From Escherichia phage bob: DNA of 45,256 bases. The notes beneath the pieces are model-generated. The model made no database searches, was not told the origin of the DNA, and saw only the letters and a program-made list of their open reading frames with translations. Below are positions 1-7,175 of this stretch, piece after piece (positions within the stretch are counted from its first letter, which is position 1; each line of letters starts with the position of its first letter). A program made the position numbers and the translations under genes. The stretch lies in the sequence record NC_073072.1. One strand, given 5' to 3'.

Positions 1-145
1 GCATGATGAATTGATCACAGAAGTGCCGGACACCGACGACTACACGACCGAGGAGCTTTGCGCGCTGATGTGCGACCTGCCTGTATGGGCGAAAGGCTTC
101 CCACTTGCCGCCGAAGGCGATTGTATGTATCGATACCGCAAGTAG
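1..145 (+). CDS. DNA polymerase family A, C-terminal end (continuation of the CDS that starts at 43110; gene split by the window boundary)
   Basis: Last 2 nt of window plus first nt form GTG, so the frame runs ...GYEIVLS|VHDELITEVPDTDDYTTEEL...YRK then TAG at 143-145; VHDE resembles Pol A motif C. Confidence 0.8.
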   Translation, partial: HDELITEVPDTDDYTTEELCALMCDLPVWAKGFPLAAEGDCMYRYRK

Positions 146-212
146 CGGAAATGTTGCTTTTAGCGGAAACGTCAGGCAATATTGTCTGGCGTTTTCTTTT
201 TCGGGGGTGTAT

Positions 213-818
213 ATGAAACATTGTGGGCGTTGTAATACGGATAAAGATGGGTCCGCTTTCAACAAGGGTCAGTCGTGGTGTGCCAAATGCATGGCGGCAT
301 ATAAGAAAGAGAGACGGGATAAGGAAAGAGGAGCGCCGCCGCGTGTAGTATGGCGAGAGTATACCGGGGAGATCGTAACATGCCGTACGTGCGGTGAGCG
401 CAAGCGGCTCACGCCGGAAAACTTCCGGCCCGGAAACCAGGCAAGCCAGTCTCATATTCGTAAAGAATGCCGGTCGTGCGCTAATAAGTCTCGCCGTGAG
501 TACAACCACCGGACACCAGAGATCCGCGCTTACTATAAGCTCTTTCAGTACCGTAAGGCGGACGAAAGGAAGGGGCTAAACACCGACCTCACCACCGAGG
601 ACGTGCTACGCCTTACTTCTCTGCCATGCGCTTACTGCGGATCCACCGGCGACAATGGCGCGGCGGAAAACGACGAGATTCGAATCGTCATTAGACTGGA
701 ACGTGGCAAGACCATTACGGCACTTGTCACGCCTGAAAACCTGGCGCTGGCGCTAACCGGTCGATCGGATATACCGGTAGACCTTCGTCTGCGTAACGTG
801 GAATTGCAAACTAAATGA
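213..818 (+). CDS. Zn-ribbon (CxxC...CxxC) repeat protein, possible nuclease-associated DNA-binding protein
   Basis: ATG 213 with GGGGG RBS inside track ORF 105..818; two N-terminal CxxC-x(n)-CxxC-K/R-rich units (CGRCNTDKDG...CAKC; CRTCGERK...CRSC) and a C-terminal CAYCG. Confidence 0.55.
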   Translation: MKHCGRCNTDKDGSAFNKGQSWCAKCMAAYKKERRDKERGAPPRVVWREYTGEIVTCRTCGERKRLTPENFRPGNQASQSHIRKECRSCANKSRREYNHRTPEIRAYYKLFQYRKADERKGLNTDLTTEDVLRLTSLPCAYCGSTGDNGAAENDEIRIVIRLERGKTITALVTPENLALALTGRSDIPVDLRLRNVELQTK

Positions 819-1093
819 CACCAGAAGGCAAGGTGCAGCGTCACCTTATGAAACGGGTTAAAGAGGTCGGCGGATTCTGCAGAAAACTGGCATGGGAGGG
901 GCGCGCGGGTGCGCCCGACCTGATTATTATCATCAACGGCAAAATAGTGTTTGTCGAAGTGAAGCGCCCCGGTGGAAAACCGAAGCCGCACCAGGTACGT
1001 GAACATGAGCGAATGGCCCGCCGCGGTGCTGACGTTCGCGTTATCGACAACATATCCGACTGCGATTTATTGGTTGCTGAATTGGTCGCATAG
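815..1093 (+). CDS. VRR-NUC domain nuclease
   Basis: 92 aa; ...GAPDLIIIINGKIVFVEVKRPGGKPKPHQ... matches the VRR-NUC PD-(D/E)xK core (D...E-V-K); ATG overlaps upstream stop. Confidence 0.8.
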   Translation: MTPEGKVQRHLMKRVKEVGGFCRKLAWEGRAGAPDLIIIINGKIVFVEVKRPGGKPKPHQVREHERMARRGADVRVIDNISDCDLLVAELVA

Positions 1094-1133
1094 CGGTATA
1101 GTGTGCCGGTTAGCCATATCGAGGATTTTAGAG

Positions 1134-1307
1134 ATGATTGAAGAAAAACGTTGTAGTAATTGCGGCTGTGTAAAGCCGCTATCCCAGTTCCACAAATACA
1201 CCGGTAAGACTGCGCGCAGTCCAGACGGGTATCGGGCAGAGTGCAAATCGTGCCGCAATAAGAAAGAGCGCGAACGGCAGCGCCGCTACCGTGCAGAACA
1301 AAAATAA
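1134..1307 (+). CDS. small Zn-ribbon protein (paralogous to N-terminus of 213..818 product)
   Basis: ATG 1134 preceded by GAGGA; MIEEKRCSNCGCVKPLSQFHKYTGKTARSPDGYRAECKSCRNKKERERQ; same CxxC...CxxC pattern. Confidence 0.5.
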   Translation: MIEEKRCSNCGCVKPLSQFHKYTGKTARSPDGYRAECKSCRNKKERERQRRYRAEQK

Positions 1308-1314
1308 TTAATAC

Positions 1315-1337
1315 GGCGGGCTTGTCCCGCCCTTTTT
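1315..1337 (+). terminator. rho-independent terminator
   Basis: GGCGGG-cttgt-CCCGCC stem-loop followed by CTTTTT, directly after stop 1305-1307. Confidence 0.6.
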
Positions 1338-1350
1338 GGGAGACATGACG

Positions 1351-1569
1351 ATGAAAGAACATTACCGACTCACCAAGCTGGGTGAATGCAAACCAGGCGA
1401 TCGCGTATGGTTTATTGCGGGCATGAATGACCCGCTGCCGTTGACGGTATGCTGGCAAAAATTTAAGAGCTTCCGGGCGACGGGTGTGCACATCGGGCAC
1501 CGAACCAACTACGACGCCACAAAAAGGAACTGGAACAGTGAAACCGAAGTCTGGAAAAAGGCGGAATAA
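1351..1569 (+). CDS. hypothetical protein (72 aa)
   Basis: ATG 1351 with GGGAGA RBS 8 nt upstream; in frame with track ORF 1336..1569; stop abuts helicase start. Confidence 0.45.
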   Translation: MKEHYRLTKLGECKPGDRVWFIAGMNDPLPLTVCWQKFKSFRATGVHIGHRTNYDATKRNWNSETEVWKKAE

Positions 1570-1573
1570 AGAT

Positions 1574-2998
1574 ATGGCACGTTTCCGACGTCGCGAATAT
1601 CAGAAGTTGATAACCGCGTTCATCCTCAAGCATAAGCGATGTAATATATGGGCGACAATGGGATCCGGTAAAACCGGCGCGACAATGTGGGCGCTGAATA
1701 AAATGTTCCAGACTGGCGTCCTGTCCCATCATGAGGACCGCGTACTGGTGCTGGCCCCGCTGCGTGTTGCGTCCGGTACATGGCCCCCGGAGCAGGAGAA
1801 ATGGCGGTTCTCATCCCTGCTGGTCGTAGACGGCACCGGGCCGGAGAAGGACCGTATCGCAGCGCTTGAGAGCGACGCCAACGTGGTTTGTGTTAACTAT
1901 GATGTGGTTGAGTGGTTGGTTGACTATTACGGCGATGCGTGGCCCTTTACGGTCGTTGTTGCCGATGAATCGACTAAGCTGAAAGGCTATCGTAGCAAGC
2001 AGGGGAGCAAGCGCGCCCGCGCACTGGCAGCGATTGCACATAAACACGTCAAGCGCTGGATTAACCTTACCGGCACACCAGCGCCAAACGGGCTAAAAGA
2101 CTTATGGGGTCAGACGTGGTTTGTCGACGGTGGCGAACGCCTCGGCAGTAGCTATAAGGCATTTACCGACCGCTGGTTCATTAGCAAGCCTGTTAAGCCT
2201 GGCAGCTTCACTATGCAGCACGCTCCGCTAAAGAACTCCGAGAAAGAGATACAACAACGTCTGTCAGATGTATCCCTCACCGTTGACGCGGCGGAATACT
2301 TCGGGTGCGACAAGCCAATCTATACGCCGGTTGTTGTGGACCTGCCGAAGAAAGCGCGCAAGATTTATGACCAGTTTGAAAGCGAGCTATTTGCAGAACT
2401 GGAAAGCGGAACAGTGGAAGCGGCGAACGCGGCGTCGAAGACAATTAAGTGCCTTCAGCTTGCATCCGGGGCCGTGTATAAGGTGGACGAAGACGGCGAA
2501 CGGACCGACGAGTGGGTGAAGATTCACGACGCGAAGCTGGACGCGCTGGAAAGTATTGTGGAGGAGTTGAACGGAGCGCCGTTGCTCGTTGCGTATCAGT
2601 ATAAGCATGACCTGGCACGTCTTAAGAAGAAATTTCCGCACGGCGTTGCGTTGGGTAAAGGTAAGCAGGGCAATAAGGATATGGAAGCATGGAACAGGGG
2701 CGAGATCCCCATCATGTTTGCACACCCGGCATCGGCGGGCCACGGCCTTAACTTGCAGGACGGCGGTCATCACCTGGCAATCTTCTCCGACACCTGGAAC
2801 TTTGAGCACTTTTCGCAGATTGTGGAGCGTATCGGGCCGGTTCGACAGATGCAAGCCGGGCACCCCTGTCCGGTATTCGTCTACATTATCCAGGCGCGCG
2901 GGACACTGGACGAATTGGTCGCCGAGCGTCGCGACAGTAAGCGAGACATTCAGGACGACTTGATGGAATACATGAAAGCTAAAAAGGCGCGCAAATGA
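1574..2998 (+). CDS. SNF2/DEAD-like superfamily II DNA helicase
   Basis: Walker A ATMGSGKTGAT, motif II VVVADESTKLK, motif III LTGTPAPNG; 474 aa from ATG 1574. Confidence 0.85.
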   Translation: MARFRRREYQKLITAFILKHKRCNIWATMGSGKTGATMWALNKMFQTGVLSHHEDRVLVLAPLRVASGTWPPEQEKWRFSSLLVVDGTGPEKDRIAALESDANVVCVNYDVVEWLVDYYGDAWPFTVVVADESTKLKGYRSKQGSKRARALAAIAHKHVKRWINLTGTPAPNGLKDLWGQTWFVDGGERLGSSYKAFTDRWFISKPVKPGSFTMQHAPLKNSEKEIQQRLSDVSLTVDAAEYFGCDKPIYTPVVVDLPKKARKIYDQFESELFAELESGTVEAANAASKTIKCLQLASGAVYKVDEDGERTDEWVKIHDAKLDALESIVEELNGAPLLVAYQYKHDLARLKKKFPHGVALGKGKQGNKDMEAWNRGEIPIMFAHPASAGHGLNLQDGGHHLAIFSDTWNFEHFSQIVERIGPVRQMQAGHPCPVFVYIIQARGTLDELVAERRDSKRDIQDDLMEYMKAKKARK

Positions 2999-3690
2999 TA
3001 ATCTGGTCATTGTTTGACGGCAGCGGCTTGATGATTGAGCGTGCTGCCGAGATGGGGCATAAGTGCTACTGTTTTAACTACTCCGAAGCCGATCACGGGT
3101 CGTACCTGGACTACCGGATTTATGGTCGCGGGATCCGATATCGCAATGAGTTTATTGATCTGGACTTTGTAGACCGCGCGATGAATGGCGATTTCGGTAC
3201 GCCAGATATCATCTACGCATTCCCGCCGTGTACTGATCTGGCGGTGAGCGGTGCGCCAGCTTTCCCGCGCAAACGCGCCCGCGACCCGGCCTTCCAGCTT
3301 AAGGCGGTGCGCACCGCGAAGATCGCAGCTTACCTGGGTGACTTCTTCGAAGTGCCGTATATGATTGAGAATCCGCGCAGTGTGCTTTCCACACAGTGGC
3401 GTAAGCCAGACCACTCGTTTGATCCGTGGGAGTATGGCGGCTATCTGCCGGAGGATGACGTGCACCCGTTGTTCCCGGAATACATCAACGCGCGCGATTC
3501 ATATCCGAAGCGGACCTGCTTATGGACCGGCAACGGCTTTCGTATGCCAGAGAAAAAGCCTGTATTCGTTGAAAAAGGGTACTCGAAGCAGTATAGTCGC
3601 CTCGGAGGCAAATCAGCCCGCACAAAATTAATCCGGTCGCTCACTCCGCGCGGCTTCGCGATAGCGGTTAACGAGGAAAATTTAAAATGA
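2995..3690 (+). CDS. putative DNA (cytosine-5)-methyltransferase-like protein, minimal/divergent
   Basis: Motif I-like SLFDGSG, PC motif IIYAFPPCTDLAVSG (cf. FPCQxFSxxG), ENV-like YMIENPRSV; only 231 aa so target-recognition region is unclear. Confidence 0.5.
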   Translation: MIIWSLFDGSGLMIERAAEMGHKCYCFNYSEADHGSYLDYRIYGRGIRYRNEFIDLDFVDRAMNGDFGTPDIIYAFPPCTDLAVSGAPAFPRKRARDPAFQLKAVRTAKIAAYLGDFFEVPYMIENPRSVLSTQWRKPDHSFDPWEYGGYLPEDDVHPLFPEYINARDSYPKRTCLWTGNGFRMPEKKPVFVEKGYSKQYSRLGGKSARTKLIRSLTPRGFAIAVNEENLK

Positions 3691-4004
3691 CATTCGAAGC
3701 CATCGATTTTTCGGTTGCAATGACTAACCAGTTATTCTCCTACGACAGCAAAACCGGCGTCATTCGTCTGAAGTCCACCGGCTGCAAAATTGGCAACCTC
3801 AATACCGCCGATGGCGGAACACGTATCGAATACAACGGCAAGACGCTGTCTGGCGCACGCGTGGCGTGGATTATTGAGACGGGCAATACAATCCCTCCAG
3901 GCTTCGCAGTTGTGTGCCGCCAGCGCACTCCAGGGCACTACGGCAACCGCATAAGCAACCTTTACCTGGTAGACGTCGCACGCGACCCGAACTTTTATGC
4001 GTAA
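3687..4004 (+). CDS. HNH_3/NUMOD-like small protein, possibly degenerate homing-endonuclease-like
   Basis: TGVIRLKSTG...GTRIEYNGKTLSGARVAWIIETGNTIPPGFAVV..HYGNRISNLYLV resembles phage HNH_3 layout, but canonical His positions are not all evident. Confidence 0.4.
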   Translation: MTFEAIDFSVAMTNQLFSYDSKTGVIRLKSTGCKIGNLNTADGGTRIEYNGKTLSGARVAWIIETGNTIPPGFAVVCRQRTPGHYGNRISNLYLVDVARDPNFYA

Positions 4005-4031
4005 ATTGGTTGCATAATCATATTGGTTGCA
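4005..4031. promoter_or_regulatory. tandem pair of ATTGGTTGCA motifs
   Basis: ATTGGTTGCA at 4005-4014 and 4022-4031, intergenic; one of about 18 genome-wide copies of this 8-9-mer. Confidence 0.5.
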
Positions 4032-4040
4032 TTATCTTAA

Positions 4041-4072
4041 GGGTGTTCCGAAGGGAACGCCCTTTTTTTTTT
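4041..4072 (+). terminator. rho-independent terminator
   Basis: GGGTGTTCC-gaag-GGAACGCCC stem (one G-U pair) followed by T10. Confidence 0.65.
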
Positions 4073-4089
4073 AATATGAGGATTTGACG

Positions 4090-4332
4090 ATGAAACGATT
4101 CTTTTTAGATTACGACGGTGATTTGCGGTTATGGGTGTGCATGGTGCTGTTCTTATTCTTTTGTCTCCTGCTGCCGATTTCCTGCACGTATAACCTCGAT
4201 AAATATGAATGCCGTATTGTCTACGCAGAACTAACAGGTCGTAACACCCAGTGGCGCTATGGCACTTGCTGGGTTGAAATGGATGGTAAATTTATACCAC
4301 GCAAAGAAATTCGCATGACGGAGATTAAATAA
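4090..4332 (+). CDS. small membrane protein (80 aa)
   Basis: ATG 4090 with GAGGA 8 nt upstream; hydrophobic segment LWVCMVLFLFFCLLLPI. Confidence 0.5.
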   Translation: MKRFFLDYDGDLRLWVCMVLFLFFCLLLPISCTYNLDKYECRIVYAELTGRNTQWRYGTCWVEMDGKFIPRKEIRMTEIK

Positions 4333-4619
4333 TGAAAATTTTACAAGAAGAGAAAGCGTATTGGGTAGCACAGTGTCTTGAAGCCCGCGAACAGGCCGAA
4401 CGCGCGAACGCGCTGGCAAATACCTACCTGGCTAGCTATGAAGAAGAAGAGAAGGTCCGAAAGGAATTAGAGGAACGCTTCGAACTGCTGGGCGAACTGA
4501 TTACCATTATGCAGCGCACCGGATACACAACATCCGTATCGCTCACCCGGCTAACTGCCGAATGTCTGCGCGAGCATTGCAAACGGGCCGAGGCGTACGT
4601 GCGACCGAAGGGCCGCTAG
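4332..4619 (+). CDS. hypothetical protein (95 aa), predicted helical
   Basis: ATG overlaps upstream stop (TAATG); charged helical composition. Confidence 0.5.
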   Translation: MKILQEEKAYWVAQCLEAREQAERANALANTYLASYEEEEKVRKELEERFELLGELITIMQRTGYTTSVSLTRLTAECLREHCKRAEAYVRPKGR

Positions 4620-4782
4620 TCTAAGATCGACCGGAAAGATCTGGTGCTGATAGCGTGGCGGCACACATCAAACGGTGGTTATAGCACTGATATGCGCCCA
4701 ATGAGCGCCGAGGAGTCAAAGCGCGTCCAGCGCGTTATGAAAACCGGCAATAAAGTCCCTTTATACGCGATAGATCCAGGTC

Positions 4783-5268
4783 ATGCAGAAGAGTGAGCAA
4801 AAAGATAGCTGGCGCACGCCGCCAGCTTTATTCAAACCGCTGCGCCGTAAGTTCCGATTCCGTTACGATATGGCGGCAAGCGACGCCAACCATCTGCTAC
4901 CGCGTTACTTCACGGCAGAGCACAGCGCGCTTGATGTGGACTGGTCAGAGTTGAAAGGGTGGAAGTGGTGCAATCCGCCGTATTCCGATCCGCTGCCGTG
5001 GGTCGAGTGTGCAGCGCACGGACGCCGGACTGTCATGCTACTGAATCAGGACACGTCGACGAAGTGGGCGAAGCTGGCCCGGAAGACTGCAAACCTGATA
5101 ATTCTTCTGGACTGGCGGATTAGATTTATACACGCCGTCACCGGCGAAGTCGGGCCTAGCAATAACAAGTGCCAGCAATTGATAATCTTTGACGAAGCGC
5201 CACCCATCGGCAGCGCACAAATTGAAATAATGAGCGAAGGAGAACTCCTTGAATATCTTAATCGTTGA
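4783..5268 (+). CDS. phage-type DNA N6-adenine methyltransferase (Dam family)
   Basis: SWRTPPALF...RYDMAASDANHLLPRYFT...WKWCNPPYSDPLPWV: NPPY catalytic motif and the conserved WxTP N-terminus of the phage Dam family. Confidence 0.85.
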   Translation: MQKSEQKDSWRTPPALFKPLRRKFRFRYDMAASDANHLLPRYFTAEHSALDVDWSELKGWKWCNPPYSDPLPWVECAAHGRRTVMLLNQDTSTKWAKLARKTANLIILLDWRIRFIHAVTGEVGPSNNKCQQLIIFDEAPPIGSAQIEIMSEGELLEYLNR

Positions 5269-5473
5269 CCGCGACCCTGCGGTAGTAGACCGAATGCAAA
5301 GAGACTATAACATCGACCCACGCCGCGATCGTGTGAAGCGAGTGTCACGTCCGGAATATATCCTGGGTCTGGACCTTACCGGCTGGCTTGTCATAACCGC
5401 AAATTGGCATCTTGTGTGTAACAAGTTTTCCGCCAGAGTTGTTCGTTCGGATTTGGTTGAGGAATTAAAATGA
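5249..5473 (+). CDS. hypothetical protein (TTG start), translationally coupled between Dam and HAD genes
   Basis: AAGGAG RBS 7 nt upstream of TTG 5249; stop overlaps ATG of next gene; overlaps Dam 3' end by 20 nt. Confidence 0.35.
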   Translation: MNILIVDRDPAVVDRMQRDYNIDPRRDRVKRVSRPEYILGLDLTGWLVITANWHLVCNKFSARVVRSDLVEELK

Positions 5474-5940
5474 AACTACTGATTTGTGATTTGGATGGCG
5501 TCATTAACGGTTCAAGCGATGCGCGTGCCGACCTGGTGCCAGGTATAAAAACCAAATCAACATTTTGGGCGAAGTGGCACAAAGCGCATGTACGCGAAGA
5601 CCTTAACATGGATATGCTGCCGCTGTTGAGCATGTATAAAGAGCAAGGCTTCGAGATCGCGTATCTGACAAACCGGCAGCGAGAATGCTGGGAGACTACC
5701 GTCGAGCAATTGGAAGTATTCCCCGTAGGCCGGTTGTTTATGCGCCACATGCTGGACGATACCCCGCCGCCAGTGTTTAAAGCGTGCGCCGTGTTCAAAA
5801 TGGTCTGCTATGCGGACGTATCGGAACTGGTCATCATTGAAGACTGTCCGAAGAACATCGCGGCCATTCGACGGGCGTGCAGCGATCTGGTCCCGAAAAT
5901 TTATGCGATAAACGTTGCAAAATTTACTTGCAACCAATAG
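5470..5940 (+). CDS. HAD-superfamily hydrolase (putative nucleotidase/phosphatase)
   Basis: N-terminal HAD motif I LICDLDGVI; 156 aa. Confidence 0.6.
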   Translation: MKLLICDLDGVINGSSDARADLVPGIKTKSTFWAKWHKAHVREDLNMDMLPLLSMYKEQGFEIAYLTNRQRECWETTVEQLEVFPVGRLFMRHMLDDTPPPVFKACAVFKMVCYADVSELVIIEDCPKNIAAIRRACSDLVPKIYAINVAKFTCNQ

Positions 5941-5950
5941 GTTGGTTGCA
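5929..5950. promoter_or_regulatory. perfect palindrome TGCAACCAA-tagg-TTGGTTGCA
   Basis: 9 bp inverted repeat with 4 bp spacer, overlapping stop codon of 5470..5940 and upstream of gene at 6000. Confidence 0.55.
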
Positions 5951-5999
5951 TTATATTTAACTCGTCGGGGCAATACGGCCCCGCTAAAGGAAAAACATC

Positions 6000-6521
6000 A
6001 TGAAAGCATACGAATACTGCAAAAACGCCGCCACCACTATGGAACAGCGCGGGAAAGAAAACGGCTATGACAACGCGAAAGAAGAACGCAGCGCTAAACA
6101 GATCGCTGCCGTGTTTAATGCGCTTACCGGTCGCGACCTGACCGAGCAAGAAGCCTGGACCTTCTTGATCTGCCTGAAGCTGGTGCGCCAGCACCGTAAG
6201 CACCAGGAAGATAATATCGTTGATTTGGTAGCGTACGCCGCATTGCTGGGCGAGTCGTACATGACCGTACACGACGAGATTCAGGTTGATACAACGGCAG
6301 CGCAATACGACAGCCTTAAAGGTTGGCCCATCGCCACCGCGGGGACGTGGCATCCTTCGTCATCGGCAGGCAAGACGGTTAAAGCCGCTAATTTCGGCGT
6401 CGTAGACCAGGACGTCCAGCCTATGGTCGTGCTCACCGGCGAGGACGGATCGAAAATCCTCATGACGCCGGAAGATTTCCGCAACATGGAAAAAACACTG
6501 GTGACTGGCGCACTTAAATAA
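6000..6521 (+). CDS. hypothetical protein; N-terminal all-alpha region loosely MazG-like (tentative)
   Basis: ATG 6000 with AAAGGAAAAA upstream; weak resemblance ...QEDNIVDLVAYAALL... to NTP-pyrophosphohydrolase helices. Confidence 0.5.
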   Translation: MKAYEYCKNAATTMEQRGKENGYDNAKEERSAKQIAAVFNALTGRDLTEQEAWTFLICLKLVRQHRKHQEDNIVDLVAYAALLGESYMTVHDEIQVDTTAAQYDSLKGWPIATAGTWHPSSSAGKTVKAANFGVVDQDVQPMVVLTGEDGSKILMTPEDFRNMEKTLVTGALK

Positions 6522-6563
6522 TGCTAATAGCGGGCTTCGGCCCGCATCAATGAGGACCACACG

Positions 6564-7139
6564 ATGTACGGCGAATACGAAATATCTGGTAAACAATTCC
6601 ACCTGGCGGCAATGATCGCAAGCATCGAGTTTGACCAGTGGAGATACAAGTCTGACGCGTGCAAGCAAAGCCGTCTTGTCGGTGTGCTGGGCGAGATGTT
6701 TGCGGGCATGTACCTCGAGGGTCAGGCGGGCGGGCGTAGTTGTATCCCGCAAGGCTTGCTCATGCGTACCGGCTTGTTCAGCGCCAATACCATCGACCGC
6801 GGCGATATCATCATGGTCGGTAAGCGCAAGGTTAAATCCGGCACCGACTTCCGCGAGCATGTGATCGATGCCGTCTGGACCTACGAGGTTAAAGCCACCA
6901 GCGGCATTCGCCGCGGACTGGTTGAGGCACGTTGCGCTCGCGAGTATCTTGCCCGTCGAGTTGCTGGTGTTATCCTGGTGAGCGTAGATTTCGGACAACA
7001 TAACGCGCACGGCGTGATTGAAGATATCGCGGAACCATACGTCATCGTTAATGACTGGCCCTTAGTGGAAGTTGAGGGCAAGGAATATTACGAAAGCCCG
7101 CTAGTACGGCGCAAAATGGACTGGGAAAACTCAAACTAG
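6564..7139 (+). CDS. hypothetical protein; possible PD-(D/E)xK-like motif
   Basis: ATG 6564 with GAGGA 7 nt upstream; HVIDAVWTYEVKAT resembles D...ExK; function unverified. Confidence 0.5.
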   Translation: MYGEYEISGKQFHLAAMIASIEFDQWRYKSDACKQSRLVGVLGEMFAGMYLEGQAGGRSCIPQGLLMRTGLFSANTIDRGDIIMVGKRKVKSGTDFREHVIDAVWTYEVKATSGIRRGLVEARCAREYLARRVAGVILVSVDFGQHNAHGVIEDIAEPYVIVNDWPLVEVEGKEYYESPLVRRKMDWENSN

Positions 7140-7141
7140 AA

Positions 7142-7175
7142 AAAGGGGCCGCATGGCCCCTTCTATTTATTTCTT
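7142..7175. terminator. bidirectional terminator between convergent genes
   Basis: AAAAA-GGGGCC-gcat-GGCCCC-TTCTATTTATTT. Confidence 0.6.

Noticed and set aside
15-509. Minus-strand 164 aa ORF at the window start
   Set aside because: Overlaps the in-frame end of the DNA polymerase and the Zn-ribbon gene on the other strand; no RBS; composition not protein-like.
4644-4797. Possible 51 aa GTG-start ORF in the 160 bp gap before the Dam gene
   Set aside because: Short, no distinctive features, would overlap the Dam start out of frame; evidence limited to a weak RBS.
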